A stretch of 64,000 bases of DNA from the human T2T-CHM13v2.0 reference genome, Homo sapiens: assembly GCF_009914755.1 (NCBI RefSeq), contig NC_060933.1; one strand, written 5' to 3'. Each line of letters opens with the position of its first letter. Position 1 is the first letter of the stretch. Position numbers and translations under genes: made by a program. The notes beneath the pieces are model-generated. The model saw nothing but the letters and a program-made list of their open reading frames with translations, did not search any database and was not told the origin of the DNA. Below, one piece after another: positions 40,091 through 53,744 of this stretch.

Positions 40091-41210
40091 GATTCCATTC
40101 CATTCCATTCCATTCCATTCCATTCCATTCCATTCCGTTCCGTTCCGTTCCATTCCATTCCATTCCATTCTATTCGGGTTAATTACATTCTATTCCATTC
40201 CATTCCATTCCAATCGATTTGATTCCATTCCATTCCATTCCATTCCATTCCATTCCATTCCATTCCACTCCATTCCAGTCCTTTCCATTTCATTCCACTC
40301 GGGTTGATTCCAATGTATTCCTTTCCATTCCATTCCATTCCATTGCAATCGAGTTGATTCCATTGCTTTGCATTCCATTCCATTTCATTCCATTCCGGAT
40401 GATTCCATTCCATTGCATTCCATTCCATTCCATTCCCCTGAACTCGGGTTGATTCCATTCCATTCCACTCCATTCCGTTCCATTCCATTCCATTCCATTG
40501 TATTCGCGTTAATTCCATTCCATTCCATTCCATTCCATTCCATTCCATTACAATCGAGCTGATTGCATTCCAGTCCATTCCATTACATTCCATTCCAGTC
40601 CTTTCCATTCCATTCCACTCGGGTTGATTCCATTCTATTAGTTTCCATTCCATTCCATTCCCTTCCATTACACTCTGGTTGATTCCATTCCTTTCCATTC
40701 CACTCGAATACATTCCCTCCTATTCCACTCGGAACGATTCCTTTCCATTCCATTCCATTCCATTAAATTCCATTTCGTTCCATTCCATTCTATTCCGTAT
40801 CATTCCATTCCATTCCATTCCATTCCATTCCATTCCATTCCATTCCACTCGTGTTGATTCCATTCCTTTCCATTCCATTCGGTTTGAAGGCATTCCATTC
40901 CATTCCATTCCATTCCATTCCATTCCATTCCATTCCATTGTACTCGGTTTGATTGCATTCCATTGCATTCCATTCCATTCCATTCCGTTGCATTCCATTC
41001 CATTACATTAGGATTGATTCTATTCAACTCCCTTACTCTCCATTACATTCCATTCCATTGGGGTTGTTCTATTCCATTCCATTCCATTCCACTCCTTTCC
41101 ATTGCACTCGGGTTGATTCCATTCCATTCCATTCCATTCCATTCCATTCCATCCCGGATGATTCCATTCCATTGCATTCCGTTCCATTACATTCCCCTGC
41201 ACTCGCGTTG
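39080..41210. repeat. Tandem duplication, period ~1.1 kb, carrying the rare CGGTTTGAAGGC cassette
   Basis: cggtttgaaggc at 39761 and 40880. ORF pairs 39671/40790 and 39834/40953 are offset by 1119 bp. Confidence 0.8.
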
Positions 41211-42469
41211 ATTCCATTCCATTCCATTCAATTCCATTCCATTACAATTCGTTACATTCCATTCTATTCCGTACCATTCCATTCCATTCCATACCATTCC
41301 ATTCCATTCCATTCCATTCCATTCCATTCCATTCCGTTCCATTCCGTTCCATTGCATTCCATTCCATTCTATTCGGGTTAATTCCATTCCATTCCATTCC
41401 ATTCCATTCTATTCCATTCCATTGCAATCGAGTTGAATCCATTGCATTTCATTCCATTCCATTCCATTCCATTCTATTCCGGAAGATTCCATTCCATTGC
41501 ATTCCATTCCATTCCATTCCCCTGCACTCGCATTGATTCCATTCCATTCCATTTCATTCCATTCCATTCCGTTCCGTTCCGTTCCATTCCATTCCATTCC
41601 ATTCCGTTCCTTTCCATTCCATTCCATTCCATTCTATTCGGGTTAATTCCATTCCATTCCATTCGATTGCAATCGAGTTGATTCCATTCCATTGCATTCC
41701 ATTCCATTCGATTCCATTCGATTGCACTCGGGTTGATTCCATTCCATTGCATTCCATTCAATTCCATTCCATTCCATTCCATTCCATTCCATTCCATTCC
41801 GTTCCATTCCTTTCCATTACATTCGGATTGATTCTATTCAATTCCCTTTCACTCCATTACATTCCATTCCATTCGAGTAGTTTCCAGTCCATTCCATTCC
41901 ATTCCTCTCCATTCCATTGCACTCGGGTTGATTCCATTCCATTGCATTCCATTCCATTCCATTCAATTACATTCCGTTCCTTTCCATTCCATTACATTCG
42001 GATTGATTCTATTCAACTCCCTTACTCTCCATTACATTCGATTCCATTCGGGTTGTTCCATTCCATTCCATTCCATTCCACTCCATTCCATGGCACTCGG
42101 GTTGATTCCATTCCATTCCATTCCATTCCATTCCATTCCATTCCATTCCATTCCATTCCGGAAGATTCCGTTCCTTTGCATTCCATTACATTCCATTCCC
42201 CTGCACTCGCGTTGATTCCATTCCATTCCATTCCATTCCATTCCATTCCGTTCCATTCCATTCCATTCCATTCCATTCCGTTCTGTTCCGTTCCATTCCA
42301 TTCCATTCCATTCTATTCGGGTTAATTCCATTCCATTCCATTCTATTGCAATCGTGTTGATTCCATTCCATTCCATTCCATTCCATTCCATTCCTTTCCA
42401 TTCCATTACGGATGATTCCATTCCATTGCATTCTATTCCATTCCATTCCCCTGTACTCGGGTTGATTCC

Positions 42470-45335
42470 ATTCCATTGCATTCCAATCCATGCCCTTCCA
42501 CTCGTGTTGATTCCATTCTTTCCATTCCATTCAAGTTGAATGCATTCCATTGCATTCCATTCCATTCGAATCCATTCGATTGCAATCGGGTTGATTCCAT
42601 TTCATTGCATTCCATTCCATTCAATTCCATTCCATTCCATTCCATTCCGTTCCATTCCATTCCATTACATTCGGATTGATTCTATTCAATTCCCTTACAC
42701 TCCATTACATTCCATTCCATTCGGGTAGTTTCCATTCCATTCCATTCCATTCCTCTCCATTCCATTGCACTCGGGTTGATTCCATTCCATTGCATTCCAT
42801 TCAATTCCATTCAATTCCATTCCTTTCCATTCCATTCCATTACATTCGGATTGATTCTATTCAACTCCCTTACTCTCCGTTACATTCCATTCCATTTGGG
42901 TTGTTCCATTCCATTCCATTCCACTCCATTCCATTGCACTCGGGTTTATTCCATTCCATTCCATTCCATTCCATTCCATTCCATTACGGAAGATTCCATT
43001 CCATTGCATTCCATTCCATTCCATTCCCCTGCATTCGCGTTGATTCCATTGCAATCCATTCCATTCCATTCCGTTCCATTCCATTCCTTTCCGTTCCATT
43101 CCATTCCATTCCATTCCATTCCATTCCGTTCCGTTCCGTTCCGTTCCATTCCATTCCATTCCATTTTATTCAGGTTAATTCCATTCCATTCCATTCGACT
43201 GCAATCGAGTTGATTTCATTCCATTCCATTCCATTACATTCCATTCCATTCCATTCCTTTCCATTCCATTACGGATGATTCCATTCCATTGCATTCCATT
43301 CCATTCCATTCCCCTGTACTCGGGTTGATTCCATTCCATTCCATTCCAATCTATGCCATTCCACTCGTGTTGATTCCACTCTTTCCATTCCATTCAAGTT
43401 GAATCCATTCCATTGCATTCCATTCCATTCCATTCCCCTGCAGTCGGGTTGATTCCATTCCATTCCATTCCATTCCATTCCATTCCATTCCGTTCCGTTC
43501 CGTTCCGTTCCATTCCATTCCATTCCATTCCATTCTATTCGGGTTAATTCCATTCCATTCCATTCCATTCCATTCCATTCCATTCCATTCCAATCGAGTT
43601 GATTCCATTCCATTCCATTCCGTTCCATTCCATTCCATTCCACTGCATTCCAGTCCTTTCCATTCCATTCCACTCGGGTTGATTCCAATGTATTCCTTTC
43701 CATTCCATTCCATTGCAATCGAGTTGATTCCATTGCTTTGCATTCCATTCCATTCCTTTCCATTCCGGATGATTCCATTCCATTGCATTCCATTCCATTC
43801 CATTCCCCTGCACTCGGGTTGATTCCATTCCATTACACTCCATTCCGTTCCATTCCATTCCATTCCATTGTATTCGGGTTAATTCCATTCCATTCCATTC
43901 CATTCCATTCCATTCCATCACAATCGAGTTGGTTCCATTCCATTCCATTCCATTCCATTCCATTCCATTCCGGATGATTCCATTCCATTACATTCCGTTC
44001 CATTACATTCCCCTGCACTCGGGTTGATTCCATTCCATTCCATTCCATTCCATTCCATTCCGTTCCGTTCCGTTCCGTTCCATTCCATTCCATTCCATTT
44101 TATTCGGGTTAATTCCATTCCATTCTATTCCATTGCATTCTATTCCATTCCATTGCAATCGAGTTGAATCCATTGCATTCCATTCCATTCCATTCCATTC
44201 CATTGCAATCGAGTTGAATCCATTGCATTCCATTCCATTCCATTCCGGAAGATTCCATTCCATTTCATTCCATTCCATTCCATTCCCCTGCACTCGCGTT
44301 GATTCCATTCCATTCCATTCCATTCCATTCTATTCGGGTTAATTCCATTCCATTCCATTCCATTCCATTCCATTCCAATCGAGTTGATTCCATTCCATTC
44401 CATTGCACTCCATTCCAGTCATTTCCATTCCATTCCACTCGGGTTGTTTCCAATGTATTCCTTTCCATTCCATTCCATTCCATTGCAATCGAGTTGATTC
44501 CATTGCTTTGCATTCCATTCCATTCCATTCCATTCCGGATGATTCCATTCCATTGCATTCCATTCCATTCCATTCCCCTGCACTCGGGTTGATTCCATTC
44601 CATTCCACTCCATTCCGTTCCATTCCATTCCATTCCATTTTATTCAGGTTATTTCCATTCCATTCCATTCCATTCCATTCCATTACAATCGAGTTGATTC
44701 CATTCTATTCCATTCCATTCCATTCCATTCCAGTCCTTTCCATTCCATTCCACTCGGGTTGATTCCATTCTATTAGTTTCCATTCCATTCCATTCCCTTC
44801 CATTCCACTCTGGTTGATTCCATTCCTTTCCATTCCACTCGAATACATTCCTTCCTATTCCACTCGGAACGATTCCATTCCATTCCATTCCATTCCATTC
44901 CATTCCATTTCGTTCCATTCCATTCTATTCCGTTTCATTCCATTCCATTCCATTCCATTCCATTCCATTCCATTCCACTCGTTTTGATTCCATTCCTTTC
45001 CATTCCATTCGGTTTGAAGGCATTCCATTCCATTCCATTCCATTCCATTCCATTCCATTCCATTGTACTCGGGTTGATTGCATTCCATTGCATTCCATTC
45101 CATTCCATTCCGTTGCATTCCATTCCATTACATTCGGATTGATTCTATTCAACTCCCTTACTCTCCATTACATTCCATTCCATTCGGGTTGTTCCATTCC
45201 ATTCCATTCCATTCCACTCCATTCCATTGCACTCGGGATGATTCCATTCTATTCCATTCCATTCCATTCCATTCCATTCCGGATGATTCCATTCCATTGC
45301 ATTCCGTTCCATTACATTCCCCTGCATTCGCGTTG
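42470..45335. repeat. ~2.9 kb segment, copy 2 (offset ~5.25 kb)
   Basis: ORFs 37281 vs 42540, 37417 vs 42676 and 39844 vs 45088 are near-identical. Same private variants in the same order. Confidence 0.9.
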
Positions 45336-48300
45336 ATTCCATTCCATTCCATTCCATTCCATTCCATTCCATTACAATTCGTTACATTCCATTCTATTCC
45401 GTACCATTCCATTCCATTCCATTCCATTCCATTCCATTCCATTCCATTCCATTCCGTTCCATTGCATTCCATTCCATTCTATTCGGGTTAATTCCATTCC
45501 ATTCCATTCCATTCCATTCTATTCCATTCCATTGCAATCGAGTTGAATCCATTGCATTTCATTCCATTCCTTTCCATTCCATTCCATTCCGGAAGATTCC
45601 ATTCCATTGCATTCCGTTCCATTCCATTCCCCTGCACTCGCGTTGATTCCATTCCATTCCATTCCATTCCATTCCATTCCATTCCATTCCGGAAGATTCC
45701 ATTCCATTGCATTCCATTACATTCCATTCCCCTGCACTCGCGTTGATTCCATTCCATTCCATTCCATTCCATTCCGTTCCATTCCATTCCTTTCCGTTCC
45801 ATTCCATTCCATTCCATTCCATTCCATTCCGTTCCGTTCCGTTCCGTTCCGTTCCATTCCATTCTATTCGGGTTAATTCCATTCCATTCCACTCGATTGC
45901 AATCGAGTTGATTCCATTCCATTCCATTCCATTCCATTCCATTCCATTCCATTCCATTGCATTCCGGAAGATTCCATTCCATTGCATTCCATTCCATTCT
46001 ATTCCCATGCACTCGCGTTGTTTCCATTCCATTCCATTCCATTCCATTCCAATCCATTCCATTCCATTCCGTTCCGTTCCGTTCCGTTCCATTCCATTCC
46101 ATTCCATTCCGTTCCGTTCCGTTCCGTTCCATTCCATTCCATTCCATTCTATTCGGGTTAATTCCATTCCATTGCATTCGATTGCAATCTTGTTGATTCC
46201 ATTCCATTCCATTCCATTCCTTTCCATTCCATTACGTATGATTCCATTCCATTGCATTCCATTCCATTCCATTCCCCTGTACTCGGGTTGATTCTATTCC
46301 ATTGCATTCCAATCCATGCCCTTCCACTCGTGTTGATTCCATTCTTTCCATTCCATTCAAGTTGAATCCATTCCATTGCATTCCATTCCATTCGATTCCA
46401 TTCGATTGCACTCGGGTTGATTCCATTCCATTGCATTCCATTCTATTCCATTCCATTCCATTCCGTTCCATTCCATTCCATTACATTGGGATTGATTCTA
46501 TTCAATTCCCTTACTCTCCATTACATTCCATTCCATTCGGGTAGTTTCCATTCCATTCCATTCCATTCCTCTCCATTCCATTGCACTCGGGTTGATTCCA
46601 TTCCATTGCATTCCATTCCATTCCATTCAATTCCATTCTGTTACATTCCATTCCATTACATTCAGATTGATTCTATTCAACTCCCTTACTCTCTATTATA
46701 TTCCATTCCATTCGGGCTGTTCCTTTCCATTCCATTCCATTCCATTCCATTCCATTCCGGAAGATTCCATTCCATTGCATTCCATTCCATTCCATTCCCC
46801 TGCACTCGCGTTGATTCCATTCCATTCCATTCCATTCCATTCCATTCCATTCCATTCCATTCCATTCCTTTCCGTTCCATTCCATTCCATTCCATTCCGT
46901 TCCGTTCCGTTCCATTCCTTTCCATTCCATTCTATTCGTGTTAATTCCATTCCATTCCATTCGATTGCAATCGAGTTGATTCCATTCCATTCCATTCCAC
47001 TCCATTCCAGTCCTTTCCATTGCATTCCACTCGGGTTGATTCCACTGTATTCCTTTCCATTCCATTCCATTCCATTCCATTGCAATCGAGTTGATTCCAT
47101 TGCTTTGCATTCCATTCCATTCCATTCCATTCCGGATGATTCCATTCCATTACATTCCATTCCATTCCATTCCCCTGCACTCGGGTTGATTCCATTCCAT
47201 TCCACTCCATTCCGTTCCATTCCATTCCATTCCATTGTATTCGGGTTAATTAAATTCCATTCCATTCCATTCCATTCCATTCCAATCGAGTTGATTCCAT
47301 TCCATTCCATTCCATTCCATTCCATTCCAGTCCTTTCCATTCCATTCCACTCGTGTTGATTCCATTCTTTCCATTCCATTCAAGTTGAATCCATTCCATT
47401 GCCTTCCATTCCATTCCATTCCCCTGCAGTCGGGTTGATTCCATTCCATTCCATTCCATTCCATTCCATTCCATTCCATTCCATTACGTTCCGTTCCATT
47501 CCATTCCATTCCATTCTATTCGGGTTAATTCCATTCCATTCCATTCCATTCCATTCCATTCGATTTGATTCCATTCCATTCCATTCCATTCCACTCCATT
47601 CCAGTCCTTTCCATTCCATTCCACTGGGGTTGATTCCAATGTATTCCTTTCCATTCCATTCCATTCCATTGCAATCGAGATGATTCCATTGCTTTGCATT
47701 CCATTCCATTCCATTCCATTCCGGATGATTCCATTCCATTGCATTCTATTCCATTCCATTCCCCTGCACTCGGGTTGATTCCATTCCATTCTACTCCATT
47801 CCGTTCCATTCCATTCCATTCCATTGTATTCAGGTTAATTCCATTCCATTCCATTCCATTGTATTCCATTCCATTCCATTACAATCGAGTTGATTCCATT
47901 CCATTCCATTCCATTCCAGTCCTTTCCATCCCATTCCACTCGGGTTGATTCCATTCTATTAGTTTCCATTCCATTCCCTTCCCTTCCATTCCACTCTGGT
48001 TGATACCATTCATTTCCATTCCACTCGAATACATTCCCTCCTATTCCACTCGGAACGATTCCATTCCATTCCATTCCATTCCATTCCATTCCATTCCATT
48101 CCGTTGCATTCCATTCCATTACATTCGGATTGATTCTATTCAACTCCCTTACTCTCCATTACATTCCATTCCATTCGGGTTGTTCCATTCCATTCCATTC
48201 CATTCCATTCCACTCCATTCCATTGCACTCGGGTTGATTCCATTCCATTCTATTCCATTCCATTCCATTCCATTCCATTCCGGATGATTCCATTCCATTG

Positions 48301-51300
48301 CATTCCGTTCCATTACATTCCTCTGCACTCGCGTTGATTCCATTCCATTCCATTCCATTCCATTCAATTCAATTCCATTCCATTCCATTACAATTCGTTC
48401 CATTCCATTCTAATCCGTACCATTCCATTCCATTCCATTCCATTCCATACCATTCCATTCCATTCCATTCCATTCCATTCCGTTCCATTCCGTTCCATTC
48501 CATTCCATTCCATTCTATTCGGATTAATTCCATTCCATTCCATTCCATTCCATTCTTTTCCATTCCATTGCAATCGAGTTGAATCCATTGCATTTCATTC
48601 CATTCCATTCCATTCCATTCCATTCCATTCCAGAAGATTCCATTCCATTGCATTCCATTCCATTCCATTCCCCTGCACTCGCGTTGATTCCATTCCATTC
48701 CATTCCATTCCATTCCATTCCATTCCGTTCCGTTCCATTCCATTCCATTCCATTCAATTCCATTCCGTTCCGTTCCATTCCATTCCATTCCATTCTATTC
48801 GGGTTAATTCCATTCCATTCCATTCGATTGCAATCGAGTTGATTCCATTCCATTCCATTCCATTCCATTCCATTCCATTCCATTCCATTCCATTCCTTTC
48901 CATTCCATTTCGGATGATTCCATTCCATTGCATTCCATTCCATTCCATTCCCCTGTACTCAGGTTGATTCCATTCCATTCCATTCCAATCCATGCCATTC
49001 CACTCGTGTTGATTCCATTCTTTCCATTCCATTCAAGTTGAATCCATTCCATTGCATTCCATTCCATTCGATTCCATTCGATTGCACTCGGGTTGATTCC
49101 ATTCCATTGCATTCCATTCCATTCCATTCCATTCCATTCCATTCCGTTCCATTCCATTCCATTACATTCGGATTGATTCTATTCAATTCCCTTACACTCC
49201 ATTACATTCCATTCCATTCGGGTAGTTTCCATTCCATTCCATTCCATTCCTCTCCATTCCATTGCACTCGGGTTGATTCCATTCCATTGCATTCCATTCC
49301 ATTCCATTCAATTCCATTCCGTTCCATTCCATTCCATTACATTCGGATTGATTCTATTCAACTCCCTTACTCTCCATTACATTCCATTCCATTCGGGTTG
49401 TTCCATTCCATTCCATTCCATTCCACTCCATTCCATTGCACTCGGGTTGATTCCATTCAATTCCATTCCATTCCATTCCATTCCATTCCATTCCATTCCG
49501 GAAGATTCCATTCCATTGCATTCCATTCCATTCCATTCCCCTGCACTCGCGTTGATTCCATTCCATTCCATTCCATTCCATTCCATTCCTTTCCGTTCCA
49601 TTCCGTTCCGATCCGTTCCATTCCATTCCATTCCATTCTATTCGGGTTAATTCCATTCCATTCCATTCGATTGCAATCGAGTTGATTCCATTCCTTTCCA
49701 TTCCATTCCATTCCATTCCATTCCATTCCATTCCTTTCCATTCCATTACGGATGATTCCATTCCACTGCATTCCATTCCATTCCATTCCCCTGTATTCGG
49801 GTTCATTCCATTCCATTCCATTTCAATCCATGCCATTCCACTCGTGTTGATTCCATTCTTTCCATTCCATTCAACTTGAATCCATTCCATTGCATTCCAT
49901 TCCATTCCATTCCCCTGCAGTCGGGTTGTTTCCATTCCATTCCATTCCATTGCATTCCATTCCATTCCATTCCATTACATTACATTACATTCAATTCCGT
50001 TCGGTTGTACTCGGGTTGATTACATTCCATTGCATTCCATTCCATTCCATTCCATTACATTCCATTCCATTCCGTTCCATTCCATTACATTCGGATTGAT
50101 TCTATTTAACTCCCTTACTCTCCATTACATTCCATTCCATTCGGGTTGTTCCATTCCATTCCATTCCATTCCACTCCATTCCATTGCGCTCGGGTTGATT
50201 CCATTCCATTCCATTCCATTCCATTACGGATGATTCCATTCCATTGCATTCCGTTCCATTACATTCCCCTGCACTCGGGTTGATTCCATTCCATTCCATT
50301 CCATTCCATTCGATACCATTCCATTACAATTCTTTCCATTCCATTCTATTCCGTACCATTCCATTCCATTCCATACAATTCCATTCCATTCCATTCCACT
50401 CCGTTCCGTTCCGTTCCGTTCTGTTCCGTTCCATTCCATTCCATTCCATTCTATTCGGTTTAATTCCATTCCATTCCATTCCATGCCATTCCATTCTATT
50501 CCATTCCATTGCAATTGAGTTGAATCCATTCCATTCCATTCCATTCCATTCCATTCCATTCCATTCCATTCCATTCCGGAAGATTCCATTCCATTGCATT
50601 CCATTCCATTCCATTCCATTCCATTCCATTCCATTCCATTCCATTCCATTGTACTCGGGTTGATTCCATTCCATTGCATTCCATTCCATTCCATTCCATT
50701 CCATTCCATTCCGTTCCATTCCATTCGTATTGATTCTTTCAACTCCCTTACTCTCCATTACATTCCATTCCATTAGGGTTGTTCCATTCCATTCCATTCC
50801 ATTCCACTCCATTCCATTGCACTCGGGTTGATTCCATTCCATTCCATTCCATTCCATTCCGGATGATTCCATTCCATTGCATTCCGTTCCATTACATTCC
50901 CCTGCACTCGGGTTGATTCCATTCCATTCCTTTCCATTCCATTCGATTCCATTCCATTCCCCTGCACTCGCGTTGATTCCATTCCATTCCATTCCATTCC
51001 ATTCCATTCCATTCCATTCCTTTCCGTTCCATTCCATTCCATTCCATTCCATTCCGTTCCGTTCCGTTCCATTCCATTCCATTCCATTCTATTTGGGTTA
51101 ATTCCATTCCATTCCATTCGATTGAAATCGAGTTGATTCCATTCCATTCCATTCCATTCCATTCCATTCCAGTCCTTTCCATTCCTTTCCTTTCCATTAC
51201 TGATGATTCCATTCCATTACATTCCATTCCATTCCATTCCCCTGTACTCGGGTTGATTCCATTCCATTCCATTCCAATCCATGCCTTTCCACTCGTGTTG

Positions 51301-53744
51301 ATTCCATTCTTTCCTTTCCATTCAAGTTGAATCCATTCCATTGCATTCCATTGCATTCGATTCCATTCGATTTCACTCGGGTTGATTCCATTCCATTGCA
51401 TTCCATTCCATTCCATTCCGTTCCATTCCATTTCATTACATTCAGATTGATTCTTTTCAATTCCCTTAAACTCCATTATATTCCAATCCATTCTGGTAGT
51501 TTCCATTCCATTCCATTTCACTCCATTCCATTGCACTCGGGTTGATTCCAATCCATTCCATTCCATTGCATTCCATTCCATTCCATTCCGGATGATTCCA
51601 TTCCATTGCATTCCGTTCCATTACATTCCCCTGCACTCGCGTTGATTCCATTCCATTCCATTCCATTCCATTCAATTCCTTTCCATTACAATTCGTTCCA
51701 TTCCATTCTATTCCGTACCATTCCATTCCATTCCATACCTTTCCATTCCATTCCATTCCATTCCATTCCATTCCATTCCATTCCATTCCATTCCCCTGCA
51801 CTCGGGTTGATTCCATTCCATTCCATTCCATTACATTCCGTTCCAATCCATTCCATTCCATTCGGATTAATTCTATTCAATTCCCTTACACTGCATTACA
51901 TTCCATTCCATTCGGGTAGTTTCCATTCCATTCCATTCCATTCCTCTCCATTCCATTGCACTCGGGTTGATTCCATTCCATTCCATTCCATTCCATTCCA
52001 TTCCATTCCATTCCATTCCATTCCATTCCATTCCGTTCCATTGTACTCGGGTTGATTCCATTCCATTGCATTCCATTCCATTCCGTTCCATTCCATTACA
52101 TTCGGATTGATTCTATTCAACTCCCTTACTCTCCATTACATTCCATTCCATTCGGGTTGTTCCATTCCATTCCATTCCATTCCACTCCATTCCATTGCAC
52201 TCGGGTTGATTCCATTCCATTCCATTCCATTCCATTCCATTCCATTCCATTCCATTCCGGATGATTCCATTCCATTGCATTCCATTCCATTACATTCCCC
52301 TGCACTCGGGTTGATTCCATTCCATTCCATTCCATTTCATTCGATTCCATTCCATTCCAATTGTTTCCATTCCATTCTATTCCGTACCATGCCATTCCAT
52401 TCCATACAATTCCATTCCATTCCATTCCACTCCGTTCCGTTCCGTTCCGTTCCGTTCCATTCCATTCCATTCCATTCTATTCGGGTTAATTCCATTCCAT
52501 TCCATTCGATTGCAATCGAGTTGATTCCATTCCATTCCATTCCATTCCATTCCATTCCATTCCATTCCTTTCCATTCCATTACGGATGATTCCATTCCAT
52601 TGCATTCTATTCCATTCCATTCCCCTGTACTCGGGTTGATTCCATTCCATTCCATTCCAATCCATGCCATTCCACTCGTGTTGATTCCATTCTTTCCATT
52701 CCATTCAAGTTGAATCCATTCCATTGCATTCCATTCCATTGGATTCCATTCGATTGCACTCGGGTTGATTCCATTCCATTGCATTCCATTCCATTCCATT
52801 CCATTCCATTCCATTCCATTCCATTCCGTTCCATTCCATTCCATTACATTCGGATTGATTCTATTCAATTCCCTTACACTCCATTACATTCCATTCCATT
52901 CGGGTAGTTTCCATTCCGTTCCATTCCATTCCTTTCCATTCTATTGCACTCGGGTTGATTCCATTCCATTCCATTCCATTCAATTCCAATCCGTTCCATT
53001 CCATTCCATTACATTCGGATTGATTCTATTCAACTCCCTTACTCTCCATTACATTCCATTCCATTCGGGTTGTTCCATTCCATTCCATTCCATTCCACTC
53101 CATTCCATTGCACTCGGGTTTATTGCATTCCATTCCATTCCATTCCATTCCATTCCGGAAGATTCCATTCCATTGCATTCCATTCCATTCCATTCCCCTG
53201 CACTCGCGTTGATTCCATTCCATTCCATTCCATTCCATTCCATTCCTTTCCGTTCCGTTCCATTCCATTCCATTCCATTCCAATCCATTCCATTCCGTTC
53301 CGTTCCGTTCCATTCCATTCCATTCCATTCTATTCGGGTTAATTCCATTCCATTCCATTCGATTGCAATAGAGTTGATTCCATTCCATTCTATTCCATTC
53401 CATTCCATTCCATTCCATTCCTTTCCATTCCATTACGGATGATTCCATTCCATTGCATTCCATTCCATTCCATTCCCATGTACTCGGGTTGATTCCATTC
53501 CATTCCATTCCAATCCATGCCATTCCACTCGTGTTGATTCCATTCTTTCCATTCCATTCAAGTTGAATCCATTCCGTTGCATTCCATTCCATTCGATTCC
53601 ATTCGATTGCACTCGGGTTGATTCCATTCCATTGCATTCCATTCCATTCCATTCCATTCCATTCCATTCCATTCCATTCCGTTCCATTCCATTCCATTAC
53701 ATTCGGATTGATTCTATTCAATTCCCTTACACTCCATTACATTC

